Source: Candidatus Methanoculleus thermohydrogenotrophicum (lineage in GTDB: Archaea > Halobacteriota > Methanomicrobia > Methanomicrobiales > Methanoculleaceae). Taken from it: a DNA stretch of 64,000 nt. The notes beneath the pieces are model-generated. The model saw nothing but the letters and a program-made list of their open reading frames with translations, made no database searches and was not told where the DNA came from. The stretch lies in assembly GCA_001512375.1 (NCBI GenBank), contig LFRN01000139.1, positions 4 through 64,003 of the forward strand, written 5' to 3'. Below are positions 18,943 through 29,011 of the stretch, in pieces. The position numbers were made by a program, and so were the translations under genes. Every line of letters starts with the position of its first letter. Position 1 is the stretch's first letter.

Positions 18943-19934
18943 AAGTCAACCTCATGCATGGTGCCGGCGGCGAAGTGATGGGCGAGCTCCTGCGCGTCAT
19001 CACCAACCTTGAGCACAACAACGCCGGCGGGATCGGGCTTGAGTCGCTCGATGACGGAGCGGTCATCCCGCTCAACGGCCAGAATATTGTTTTTACGACT
19101 GATAGCCATGTCGTCTCGCCGATCTTCTTCCCCGGCGGGGATATCGGGCGCATCGCTGTCTGCGGGACCGTCAACGACCTTGCCATGATGGGCGGGAGGC
19201 CGATCGCACTCTCCTGTGGCATGGTCATCCCCGAAGGCTTCGACGTCGCCGACCTCGAGCGGATCGTCGCGTCGATGGATGCCGCACTCGACGAGTGCGG
19301 GGCAAGCCTCGTTACGGGAGATACCAAGGTGCTCGAGCGGGGTGCGCTTGATACCATCATCATCAACACCGCTGGCATCGGTGTTGCCGAGCGGGTGGTG
19401 CGGGACAACGGGCTTAGACCTGGCGATAAGATCATCGTCAGCGGCACCATCGGCGACCACGGCATTGCCATCATGGCCCACCGTGAGGGCTTCGACTTCG
19501 GCGGCCAGATCCATTCTGACGTCGCTCCCCTCTGGACGCTCGTGGAGCGTGCGCTCGCGGCCGGGGATATCCACGCCATGAAAGACCCGACCCGGGGTGG
19601 GTTTGCCAACGCCATCAACGAGATGGCGAAGAAGAGCCGGGTGGGCGTCGTCATCGAGGAAGAGACCCTTCCCTTCCAGAAGAACGTTCTGAGCGCCGCC
19701 GGTATGCTTGGCATCGATCCCCTTGAGGTGGCAAACGAAGGAAAGGTCGTCATGGGGGTCGCACCCGGCGATGCCGAGGCCGTCCTTGCGGCGCTCCGCT
19801 CGCACCCCTATGGACGGGACGCGGCGATCGTCGGTGAAGTCGTCGAGGGTTCCTACGTGATCATGCGGACAGCCATCGGCGGAGAGCGGTTCATCGAGGC
19901 GCCGATCGGTGACCCGGTCCCGCGTGTCTGTTGA
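18939..19934 (+). CDS. hypE: Hydrogenase maturation protein HypE
   Basis: HGAGG, TTDSHVV, GDTKV, DPTRGG and C-terminal PRVC. Confidence 0.96.
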   Translation: MKVNLMHGAGGEVMGELLRVITNLEHNNAGGIGLESLDDGAVIPLNGQNIVFTTDSHVVSPIFFPGGDIGRIAVCGTVNDLAMMGGRPIALSCGMVIPEGFDVADLERIVASMDAALDECGASLVTGDTKVLERGALDTIIINTAGIGVAERVVRDNGLRPGDKIIVSGTIGDHGIAIMAHREGFDFGGQIHSDVAPLWTLVERALAAGDIHAMKDPTRGGFANAINEMAKKSRVGVVIEEETLPFQKNVLSAAGMLGIDPLEVANEGKVVMGVAPGDAEAVLAALRSHPYGRDAAIVGEVVEGSYVIMRTAIGGERFIEAPIGDPVPRVC

Positions 19935-20258
19935 TGAGTGGTAACCATATCTTTTTGCGCCCAAAAAGTTCATTCTGGCTGGATAGCGGCCTATTTCGCC
20001 TTATCCTGTGAGTCCTGGTATGGGATCGCCGGCCGCACGCAGAAGTTCGCGACGAGAGGATGGGGAGCAGTCACTTTGCGATCTCCCGCGTGAGGTGCTA
20101 TGGCGCACCTGGGTGGTAACAATTTCAGGGCGCATATAGACGTTGTGGCGCTACGCACCGTTTCCCACTACCTCCGAACAAGCAAAAAGGTATATCAGAC
20201 AGTGGACGCACCCGTGAATGCTATTGCAGACTTGCCGCTTCTGTGAACCGAAGAATTC

Positions 20259-20294
20259 GTTCAACCACCTCCGGTTTAAAACCGGGGGTCTTCT
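20259..20294 (-). mobile_element. IS200/IS605 end hairpin relic
   Basis: CCTCCGGTTT-AAAACCGGGGG hairpin flanked by GAAG and GGTTGAAC on the minus strand; another end motif GGGGAGCAGTCAC at 20062-20074. Confidence 0.5.
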
Positions 20295-20578
20295 TCATGA
20301 TCGAGGATAAACCACTTCTCTGATATCTGGCTTATGAGATGGATCATCAGGACGGTACCGGTTGCCGGACCGGTCAACGCAGATATGGCGATCGTTCACT
20401 TCAAAAAGGCAGTTCCCGGGGCGCACCAGGTCATTACGACCGCGACGGCAGCAGGGCTCCAGAATTGCTACCGCTCCATCGACCGGGAATGTGTCAGGGA
20501 ATCGGGGATGCGCTACCTGCCTGTCCACATGGTTGAGGTGCATCACGCAGTCCGGGACGACCTGGAGGCATGCTACGG

Positions 20579-21841
20579 ATGACTGCTGACCTGGTGCTCA
20601 GGAACGTGACGCTCCCAACAGGCCGCCGCGCAGATCTCACCATCGCCGGGGGTCTTGTCAGGCACGTCGGTGCGCCGCTGCATGCCGATGAGACGATCGA
20701 CTGCAGCCGGTTCATCTGTCTCCCGGGAGCGGTAGATATGCACGTCCACATGCGAGGAGGAGTACAGGCAGAGAAGGAGGACTGGCGGACTGGCACGATG
20801 AGCGCGGTCGCCGGCGGGGTGACGGTCGTGGTCGACCAGCCAAACACCGTCCCTCCCATCACCACGCCCGAACTCCTCCGGGCCCGTATTCACGAGGCTG
20901 AGGGGCATGCGATCTGCGGGTTTGCGGTGAACGCCGGTGTCGTGCCAGACGCCGATCTCGTGGGGATGTGGAACGCCGGCGCGATGGCGTTCGGGGAGAT
21001 CTTCACCGCACCGTCAAGTTACAGTGAGGGGCTCGACCCGGAGGCCACCAGAGGACTGTTTGCCTGCATCCATGCCCTCGGGGGGCTCGCCACAGTCCAC
21101 GCCGAGGAGGTCCTGGACCCGGCTCCGGCAACGCTCAGCGACCACGATAGCGCGCGCTCTGGCGCCGGGGAGGTGCGTGCCTTTCGAGCCGTCTCCGCCA
21201 TTGCCCCGGAGGGTATGCGGCTCCACTTCTGTCATGCAAGCACCGCTGCCTCGGTCGAGGCCGCGCGTGGCACAGTGGAGGTGACGCCGCACCACCTCTT
21301 CCTCTCACATGAGGTCTTCGAGGAAGACGATGCCCGGGGCCGCGTGAACCCCCCGCTCAGGGACGAGCAGACCAGACGCCGCCTCTGGTCCTGCTGGGAT
21401 AAGATCGACGTTATCGCCTCAGACCACGCCCCACACACGCTCCGTGAAAAGACCCTCTCGTTCCAGACTGCCCCCTCCGGTATCCCCGGAGTCGAGACGA
21501 TGCTGCCGCTCCTGATGGCAGCGGTTCGGAAACGTCAGGTAACCCTCGTCTCGGTGATGGAGAAGACCTCCTGGAGGCCGGCCGCCATCCTCGGCATCCC
21601 GCGCGCAGGGTTTGAGCCAGGTGACCGGGCCGACTTTGCCCTCTACCCGGATGAGGTCACCCGTATTGAGGCTTCTCGCCTCCACGCAAAGTGCGGCTGG
21701 TCGCCATTTGAGGGGCTTGATGCAGTCTTCCCGGAGGAGGTGATCGTCCGGGGCAGGCGGGTCTACTCCCGCGGCGATTATTGTGAGACGCACCCGGCGT
21801 GGTACCCCGGGCAAGGATATTTATCATCCAAAGATGTATAA
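20579..21841 (+). CDS. pyrC: Dihydroorotase (amidohydrolase)
   Basis: DMHVHMR, DQPNTVP, EVTPHHL, VNPPLR and ASDHAPH. Confidence 0.9.
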   Translation: MTADLVLRNVTLPTGRRADLTIAGGLVRHVGAPLHADETIDCSRFICLPGAVDMHVHMRGGVQAEKEDWRTGTMSAVAGGVTVVVDQPNTVPPITTPELLRARIHEAEGHAICGFAVNAGVVPDADLVGMWNAGAMAFGEIFTAPSSYSEGLDPEATRGLFACIHALGGLATVHAEEVLDPAPATLSDHDSARSGAGEVRAFRAVSAIAPEGMRLHFCHASTAASVEAARGTVEVTPHHLFLSHEVFEEDDARGRVNPPLRDEQTRRRLWSCWDKIDVIASDHAPHTLREKTLSFQTAPSGIPGVETMLPLLMAAVRKRQVTLVSVMEKTSWRPAAILGIPRAGFEPGDRADFALYPDEVTRIEASRLHAKCGWSPFEGLDAVFPEEVIVRGRRVYSRGDYCETHPAWYPGQGYLSSKDV

Positions 21842-21854
21842 TGTATAGCCGATA

Positions 21855-22020
21855 AAGCGCGCCTTATAGGTCCCCGGGTGATCATCTGGTTGGGACACCT
21901 GGATATGAGCCGCGGGACAACCCGGGTGCGCGACAGGCACGCCCGGCATATAGGGTACGATCGGGTGAGGATCGGCACAAGCCGCCTGTGATCGCCGTTC
22001 GTTAGTGTCGGGCGACATTT
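21855..22020 (+). ncRNA. Candidate structured non-coding RNA of unknown class
   Basis: Five complementary stems within about 165 nt of intergenic sequence (see findings). Confidence 0.4.
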
Positions 22021-22038
22021 CTCCGGGAGACTCCTTGC

Positions 22039-22356
22039 ATGGAACCCTACGCTGATGCTATCACAGAGACCGGAAGCGGTGTCACCATCGTGCTCGACGT
22101 CACAGCAGGCGCCAAAAGAGCCTCGTTTCCGGCAGGCTACAATGAGTGGCGGAAGAGTATCCGCTGCCAGGTAGCAGCTCCAGCCCTCGGCGGGAAAGCA
22201 AACCGGGCCATCATCGATCTCGTCGCGGAGACGCTCGGCGTATCCCGGGCCGACGTGAGTATCATCTCCGGGCACACATCTACCTCAAAGACTGTGGCTG
22301 TCGCCGGTCTATCGAAATCTGAAATCATTGCGCTTCTCTCGGCTTCTGGAGCCTGA
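22039..22356 (+). CDS. DUF167/UPF0235 (YggU-like) protein
   Basis: VAAPALGGKAN and IISGHTSTSK. Confidence 0.9.
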   Translation: MEPYADAITETGSGVTIVLDVTAGAKRASFPAGYNEWRKSIRCQVAAPALGGKANRAIIDLVAETLGVSRADVSIISGHTSTSKTVAVAGLSKSEIIALLSASGA

Positions 22357-22606
22357 TCCGGCGCTGATAGGTGTCACAGGGAGCACCGGGCAGTTTTATT
22401 AAAAATAGTATATATTTTCAGCCTAATAAAAATCGAAACCCTACTGAACAATGTTTTTGGATCTACGCTTTGAAAAACCTTATGTTCATAGTGCCATCTT
22501 CTTTAAGTAATCGTACTATAGATATATAGTCGACAACCTATGTCCGCGCACATAATAACCTGCAGACATACGGCGATCAGATTTACATTGAAGGGGGCAA
22601 CATTCC

Positions 22607-23830
22607 ATGTACTCACCAGAAACTACGAAGTATCTTATTCATCTTACCCTGCAGACCGAGGGGGTGGTCGATAAACCTGACGTGGTGGGCGCTATCTTCG
22701 GCCAGACTGAGGGTTTACTCGGCGAAGACCTGGACCTGCGTGACCTGCAGAGAACCGGCCGCGTCGGCAGGATCGATGTCCAGCTGACGACGAAGAGAGG
22801 AGAGACCAGAGGCGAGATACTCATATCATCATCGCTCGACCGCGCGGAGACCGCGCTCCTTGCCTCGTCGCTGGAGACGATCGACCGGGTCGGTCCATGC
22901 ACGGCTCGCGTGAGGGTCGACCGTATCGAGGATATCAGGGTGACCAAGCGGCGCAGGATCGTTGAGCGTGCCAAAGAACTCCTCCTCGAGGACTTTGATG
23001 AAGGCACGATAAACAGTGACGATCTGCTGGACGAGGTCAGGGAAGTCATCAGGATAGAGAAACTTGAACTCCTCGGCGAAGAGAAGGTGCATGCCGGCCC
23101 GAACGTCATGACCTCCGATGCCATCATCCTGGTCGAGGGGCGGGCTGATGTAATCAACCTGCTGCGCTACGGGATCAAGAACGCGGTTGCGGTTGAGGGG
23201 ACCAACGTCCCGCAGATCATCGTCGATCTCTGCGCGCAGAAGACCACGACGACGCTGCTCGACGGAGACCGGGGAGGGGAACTGATCCTCCGTGAACTTC
23301 TGCAGGTCGCTGATATCGACTTCGTGGCATACTGCCCACGAGGGAAGAGCGTCGAGGAGATGAGCCGCAAGGAGATTGTCAAGGCGCTCAGGAACAAAGT
23401 GCCTGTGGAGGTCGTCGCCGACCATATTCCTGCCGAGGGGACGGCCAGGCAGCCGCCTGTGCGCACCGTTGCCGGTACGCGTGAGGTTGTTGAGGAAGGT
23501 GAGCGGCTGCCACAACAGCAGAAGACCGGAAAAATGAGGGGGCAGAAAGCCAATCCAACGCTCGAGGAGCATATGGCCGACGTCCGGGACCGCAAGATCG
23601 CACGCTTCCTCTCCTCAGATTATAACATTCTCATGGAGTCGAACGCCACCGATCTCGAGGGGACACTCCAGACCCTGGATGGCGATGTCGAAGGAATTGT
23701 TGTTGACCGTGTCGTCGACCAGAAGCTCCTTGACCAGATCGGGGGGAAGAACCTCGAGTTCGTGGCCGCCCGTGATTTTAAGGGGATCATAAAACGTCCT
23801 CTATCTGTGAGGCTCATGAAGATAGGGTGA
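22607..23830 (+). CDS. dnaG: Archaeal DnaG-like TOPRIM protein
   Basis: GVVDKPDVVGAIFGQTEGLLG, ILVEGRADV and DGDRGG. Confidence 0.95.
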   Translation: MYSPETTKYLIHLTLQTEGVVDKPDVVGAIFGQTEGLLGEDLDLRDLQRTGRVGRIDVQLTTKRGETRGEILISSSLDRAETALLASSLETIDRVGPCTARVRVDRIEDIRVTKRRRIVERAKELLLEDFDEGTINSDDLLDEVREVIRIEKLELLGEEKVHAGPNVMTSDAIILVEGRADVINLLRYGIKNAVAVEGTNVPQIIVDLCAQKTTTTLLDGDRGGELILRELLQVADIDFVAYCPRGKSVEEMSRKEIVKALRNKVPVEVVADHIPAEGTARQPPVRTVAGTREVVEEGERLPQQQKTGKMRGQKANPTLEEHMADVRDRKIARFLSSDYNILMESNATDLEGTLQTLDGDVEGIVVDRVVDQKLLDQIGGKNLEFVAARDFKGIIKRPLSVRLMKIG

Positions 23831-23896
23831 AGAAATCCACCCGACGTGCAAATATATATATGTTTATATTCACCATTTTTCTTCCCGGGAAAGGAT

Positions 23897-24181
23897 ATGC
23901 ACAAGGAAGAACTGATAACGCTACATGGGATTCTTACAGAGATCAAAAACTATTTCGAATTGACAAACCCGGAACTGAAATTTTCGCAGTACTATGCGTT
24001 GAAAATAGATCCTTCTCAGGTGCATAGGAGCAAAATGGAGCATAAATACGCGATATTTGTGCTCGGAACAGAACTTGCAAACGCCATGAAAGACGTGGAG
24101 TTCTCATCATCAGGGAGGATCTCTGCCCGCATGAAGGAACTTGCCGAGAAGACGCTCAAAGATATCGAGTATCCGCGGTAA
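23897..24181 (+). CDS. UPF0058 family protein
   Basis: MHKEELITLH...PSQVHRSKMEHKYAIF. Confidence 0.85.
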   Translation: MHKEELITLHGILTEIKNYFELTNPELKFSQYYALKIDPSQVHRSKMEHKYAIFVLGTELANAMKDVEFSSSGRISARMKELAEKTLKDIEYPR

Positions 24182-24306
24182 AGGCGCCTGGTATCGGCGC
24201 ATTCACCCTTAACGCGGTACCTTACTGACGGCCGATATAATACCGCCGGGGCTCCGGCCGCCCCACCCGGTTCTCTTCTCAGGCATGGATCTTCTCAATA
24301 ACCGGT

Positions 24307-24354
24307 TGAAATGCTCCCCACAACCCCCAGTGAAATGCTCCCCACAACCCCCAG
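24307..24354 (+). repeat. Perfect 24-nt tandem duplication
   Basis: TGAAATGCTCCCCACAACCCCCAG occurs twice in tandem. Confidence 0.95.
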
Positions 24355-24435
24355 ACAGTGGTGGGTGAGGCGAGTTGCCGGACCGGCTTTCGCAATGTTG
24401 ATACCTCCTATTCTTGTGAGTCCCGGGGTCGCCCA

Positions 24436-25938
24436 TCGTTCCCGCTCTCATCGGCATGGGCGTCCCGGGATACTATACTACACCTTTGAGGTTGCAGTCC
24501 CGATCTCATGATGTTGAACGCCGCATTCTGGTCGCGATCCATCGCGAGCCCGCAGTGTGGGCAGGAGTGGGCCCGGTCAGAAAGCGTCTTTTTGACGGTC
24601 ATGCCACATCTGGAACATTGCTGAGACGTGATTCACCGGGATTCACCAGGATCACACAAGAACCGGCCTCTTCCGTTTTGCTCTCTGTGATCGTGATGAA
24701 CTGATTCCAGGCGACATCGGCAATGCTTTTTGCCAGATGATGGTTCTTCTGCATATTTGTGATATTCAGGTCCTCAAACACGATCGTGCGAACCGATCCA
24801 CCAGCTGCCGGGAGGTCTGGTGAGCAAAATCGAGCCGACGGTTCGCGATCCGTTCATGGATGCGTGCGACAACCTTTCTGGCTTTCTTCCGTTCAGGAGT
24901 GCCTTTCTCCGTTTTTGAAAGTTTCCTCTGCGCCTTCGCAAGCGCTTTCTCGTCGGTGCGGAAAAATCGTGGGTTCTCGGTCTTCTCTCCGTTCGATAAA
25001 GTAGCAAAGGATTCAAGACCTACATCGACCCCGACCACGGTACCTTTCTCTCGTGCAGGAGTGGGCTCATACTCGACTGAGGAACAGGCATACCATTTCC
25101 CGGTCGCGGTACGTCGAATCGTTAATGTTTTGATCGGCCCTTCAATAGGGCGGTGGAGGACGATCGGGATATCACCAATCTTTGACGCGGAGAGGTGCGT
25201 GCCGGCATCGTTGAGATGAAAGCCCGACCGGGGATACCCGGGATTCTCCCCGGCCTTCACCCGTCGGAAGAAGGCTTCAAACGCGAGATCTACACGTTTG
25301 GAGACATCCTGTAAGACCTGAGAGTAGACTGTAGAGAGTTCTGGATGCTCCTTTTTCCAGATTGGAATCTGGCGTTTTGATTCATGGTAGGAGATGGAAC
25401 GCCGTTCCTGCTCCCGGGCATCCTTTCGCATCGCAAGCGTCTTGTTATAGACTCATCGGCATATCTCCAGCGTCTGTTCCATCTGAGAGACCTGTGATTT
25501 TGTCGGGTAGAGTCGATAACGATACGCTTTCATCTGCATGGTCGGGATACTGTTCAAAGAGTTTCTTAGCAGTGATCCCCTGCACGATCTTAATGATCCC
25601 CTGCACGATCTTAACAATGGTGGTGGGAGCAAACTCTGGATGGGCCGTGATAAAGAGATGAACGTAATCAGGCACGACTTCCTGAGTGTTCAAGATGAAC
25701 CCCATATCTTGAGCGATTGATACATGGAGGTCCGTAAGAGTCTCAGCAACATCACCGACCAGAACCTTTTCGGCGGTATTTCGTTGGTCATACAAAGTGA
25801 TAATTCACGTTGTATGCGCATCCTCTTGCACTTATCCAACGACCCTGGTTAACCATTCCACAAAATTATATGCACCATGTGATTATAATTTTTGGTGGAT
25901 GGGCTGTATCCCACCATTAAATGGCGGGGATTAGCCCT
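24436..25938 (-). mobile_element. Degraded IS200/IS605 element (tnpA ~25540-25856, tnpB ~24440-25539), copy A
   Basis: tnpA YNVNYH and DYVHLFI; tnpB KAYRYRLYP, GVDVGL, EDL, CPHCG and DRDQNAA spread over several frames; left-end hairpin GGGCTGTATCCC...GGGATTAGCCC. Confidence 0.9.
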
Positions 25939-26085
25939 ATCCTGATCCTAAAATGCGGGTGGAAGTCAGGTATTCAGGCATATCGAGCCCACAGCGCCAT
26001 CCTCATAAGGATATGGCCTGGAAAACGTTTGTTACGCCCGGGAAATATTTATCACGCCCCGATGCCACCAGGTCTCAGACTGAGA

Positions 26086-26793
26086 ATGACGTGCATATGT
26101 ATCGATACAAACCTCTTCCTCGGACTCTACGGCGCAGATGAGGATCCCGGGGAGATCCTCGCAGACATCTGGGCGCTCAGGGAGCGCCTCGTCTTTCCGG
26201 ATATCATATTTGATGAGTTCTTTCGCAACCGGTCGAAGATCCTCGATCGGTTTGCGGAGGATCTACGGAGGCGGGAGATCGCGGAGGTCCTGCTGCCGTC
26301 GGTTATCCAAAATAATCTGAACGTCGCCACGCTGCAGCGCGCCGGTGAGGATTACAACCGCGTGCTCTGGACGCTCTACGAGGATATCCAGAAGGTGATC
26401 ACGGATCCGGCTGCCGACCCGATTGCGCGGGCGTTCCGCGGCCTCACGCGCGACCCTGCCGTGCGGGTCTTCCGCTGGACCGAGGGCCTCGTCGCGCGGG
26501 CCCACTGCCGCAAGCTCCTCGGTAACCCGCCAAAGAGCCCGAGCACCGATACCATCGGCGACGAGGTCATCTGGGAGACGCTCCTTGCAAACCTGAAAGA
26601 GGACCTCATTTTTGTTACCCTGGACCGGACATACCACTACCATATCGCCTACCTCACAGAGGAGTACCGGGAGAAGACCGGCGGCGCGCTTGTGATCACC
26701 GATCGTGTTTCTGATCCCCTGAAACTCATCGGAAGAGAGCCTTCACCGGCACTGATCAGGTTTGAAAGCAGGGATGCAAAGGAGGCGGGATGA
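26086..26793 (+). CDS. PIN-domain protein (PIN_8/DUF4935-like)
   Basis: IDTNLFL, DEFFRNR, GNPP, GDEVIWETL and FVTLD acidic PIN tetrad pattern. Confidence 0.8.
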   Translation: MTCICIDTNLFLGLYGADEDPGEILADIWALRERLVFPDIIFDEFFRNRSKILDRFAEDLRRREIAEVLLPSVIQNNLNVATLQRAGEDYNRVLWTLYEDIQKVITDPAADPIARAFRGLTRDPAVRVFRWTEGLVARAHCRKLLGNPPKSPSTDTIGDEVIWETLLANLKEDLIFVTLDRTYHYHIAYLTEEYREKTGGALVITDRVSDPLKLIGREPSPALIRFESRDAKEAG

Positions 26794-27395
26794 GGAGCCC
26801 GGTACTCACAGGACATCTCCGGGGGTGTCGACTGCCGTAACGACTCTCAGCGAAGTCGTCCCGAAACCACCTGACGGTTGGAGTTCCTGGCTCAGAGCAC
26901 TCTTACATTCGTTCACAGCAATTTGAGCAATTTCTGGTGTCTATGGGCACATCGTGCCTCTGAGGATGGGCACCGGAGGGGTGGAGGATTCACAGAGACC
27001 GTCTTTCGTGGGCCCGCCCCGGCGTGACTCCCGGACAAGGGTACGGGTGCTATTGCCACCCACAAGGAGGTGGGCGGGACGAATCGCTGCTGTGGTTCAG
27101 CAGAGTCCGATAACCCGGAATCGATGCATTACCGGAGCAATCACACCCTGGCGTGAGACTGCATGGACGAAACCAGCCTCTCTTTGGGAGACAATTCGCA
27201 AAAACCCCACCCGATCTGGAGAGCAGGGGGAGCAATCGTGGCCAATACCCGCTGGTGCGAACCCGCCCCGGGAGTGACCTTAGAGCCCCTCCAGCCTGCC
27301 CGCCCTGGTTGCCCCAGAACCTGGCAAAACGTTAAAATCGTCAGGGACACCATATAAACCCGTGTTCACCTGCGGCGCGGAGGACTGACTGAGAG

Positions 27396-28130
27396 ATGCT
27401 CACCGACCGGGAACTGGAACGCTACCAGCGGCAGATCGCGCTCTTCGGGGAAGAGGCGCAGGCGAGGCTCGCAAGCGCCCGTGTCGTCATCGTCGGGGCA
27501 GGCGGGCTCGGGTGCCCGGTCGCCCTCTACCTTGCCGCCGCCGGTATCGGGGAGATCCGGCTCATCGATGGCGACGTCGTCGACCGGACCAACTTAAACC
27601 GGCAGGTGCTCCACGGTGACCGGGATATCGGGCGGGCAAAGGTCGAGTCGGCGGCAGAGAAACTCCGGGCCCAGAACCCGGAGATCCGGGTCGTTACGAG
27701 GTACGCAACCATCGATGAAGGAAACGCCGCCGTGCTCGCCGGCGGGGCCGACCTCATCATCGACGCCACCGATAACTTCCCGGCCCGCTACATCCTCAAC
27801 CGGGTGGCGCTCCAGAGCGGCGTGCCGCTCATCCACGGAGCGGTCAGGGGGTTTGACGGGCAGGCGACGACGATCATCCCCGGCCGGACGGCATGCCTGG
27901 CCTGCATATTCCCTATCCCCCCGCCGGAGGAGGAGGTCGTCCCCATGGTCGGCACCACGCCCGGGATCATCGGGCTTGTCCAGGCAAACGAGGCGGTCAA
28001 GTACATCACCAGCACCGGCGACCTCCTCGCGAACCGGCTTCTTGTCTGGGACGGCCGGGCCGCCACCATGGCGACCCTGGAGGTCGAGCGGCAGGAAAAC
28101 TGCAGCGTCTGCGGGGACGGCCGGTGCTAG
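27396..28130 (+). CDS. ThiF/MoeB (UbaA-like) E1 adenylyltransferase
   Basis: RYQRQI, GAGGLG, TNLNRQ, DATDN, CLAC and CSVC. Confidence 0.95.
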   Translation: MLTDRELERYQRQIALFGEEAQARLASARVVIVGAGGLGCPVALYLAAAGIGEIRLIDGDVVDRTNLNRQVLHGDRDIGRAKVESAAEKLRAQNPEIRVVTRYATIDEGNAAVLAGGADLIIDATDNFPARYILNRVALQSGVPLIHGAVRGFDGQATTIIPGRTACLACIFPIPPPEEEVVPMVGTTPGIIGLVQANEAVKYITSTGDLLANRLLVWDGRAATMATLEVERQENCSVCGDGRC

Positions 28131-28139
28131 TGCTGTAAG

Positions 28140-28283
28140 TCACCTTTATTTGGGGGTCTTGTGCGTGAGGTGGATAATGACGGATTCTCGCGTGAAGAAC
28201 GCGAAGGGGACTGTAACGCCCTGCAACTGAACTTCGCGTGCGATTGATGATCATCAAGCCCGCACCCCCTCAAATTAAGGTGA
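28140..28283. mobile_element. MITE-like element with 13-bp terminal inverted repeats
   Basis: TCACCTTTATTTG (28140-28152) and CAAATTAAGGTGA (28271-28283), one mismatch, extended by GGGG/CCCC. Confidence 0.6.
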
Positions 28284-28309
28284 AAAGGTCCATTAGAGAG
28301 GGAGATGCT

Positions 28310-28588
28310 ATGCAGGTTCGGGTCAGGGCTTTTGCCCGGTTGCGGGAGGCCATCGGGGGCGACCTCACGCTCGAGGTTCCCCGGGGCGCGACGATGGCCG
28401 GGTTGCTTGCCGCAGTCGGGGAGGTCTCGAATGAGGCACAGGAGGCGCTCTTTGGCGAGAATGGAGAACTCCAGGGGTATGTGATACTGATGCACAACGG
28501 CAGGCGCGTGCGCAGGGCTGAGGTGGAGACCCTCACCCTCGCCGACGGGGACGAGGTCGCGCTCTTCCCGCCGGTGGCGGGCGGGTGA
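28310..28588 (+). CDS. MoaD/ThiS/SAMP ubiquitin-like sulfur carrier
   Basis: VRAFARLRE and C-terminal DGDEVALFPPVAGG. Confidence 0.93.
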   Translation: MQVRVRAFARLREAIGGDLTLEVPRGATMAGLLAAVGEVSNEAQEALFGENGELQGYVILMHNGRRVRRAEVETLTLADGDEVALFPPVAGG

Positions 28589-28594
28589 TTGAGC

Positions 28595-29011
28595 ATGATC
28601 AGCATAACAAGAGATGATTTTGATGTAGGCGCCGCGATCGACCGGCTGCGCCGGCCAGATATGGGTGCCCTGGTCACCTTCCTTGGGGTTGTCAGGGACG
28701 ACGGGATCGAGGAGATGGATCTTGAAGCCTACGAGGAGGTCGCAGTGAGGGAGTTTGCGGCGATCAGGGACGAAGCGTTTGCAAACTACCCCATCAAAGC
28801 GGTCGAGATCATCCACCGGATAGGGAGGCTCCGGGTCGGGGATAACATCCTCCTCATCGTCGTCGGCGCCGGGCACCGGAAGGAGGCTTTCAGCGCCTGC
28901 GAGTACATCCTCGAGCGGATCAAGCAGAGCGTGCCGATCTGGAAGAAAGAGTTCGGGAAGGACGGCAGCGAAAGCTGGGTGCCGGGGGAATACCCTGGAG
29001 GCGACGCGTGA
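28595..29011 (+). CDS. moaE: Molybdopterin synthase catalytic subunit
   Basis: GALVTFLGVVR, HRIGRL, HRKEAF and PIWKKE. Confidence 0.95.
   Translation: MISITRDDFDVGAAIDRLRRPDMGALVTFLGVVRDDGIEEMDLEAYEEVAVREFAAIRDEAFANYPIKAVEIIHRIGRLRVGDNILLIVVGAGHRKEAFSACEYILERIKQSVPIWKKEFGKDGSESWVPGEYPGGDA

Noticed and set aside
18831-19973. Long antisense ORFs (also 36882-37853, 42283-43746, 45555-46739 and 48973-50772)
   Set aside because: They are shadows of well-supported genes on the opposite strand, common in high-GC DNA, and carry no motifs.
20334-20582. 82-aa ORF upstream of pyrC
   Set aside because: No recognisable motif and it lies among IS-end debris; it cannot be supported as a gene.
24307-24354. 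24-nt direct repeat containing TGAAA, superficially CRISPR-like
   Set aside because: Only two abutting copies, no spacer, and no cas genes in the window; it is a simple tandem duplication.
26800-27390. Intergenic segment that might be an IS end or RNA
   Set aside because: I could not identify a matching terminus, repeat or convincing structure by eye.
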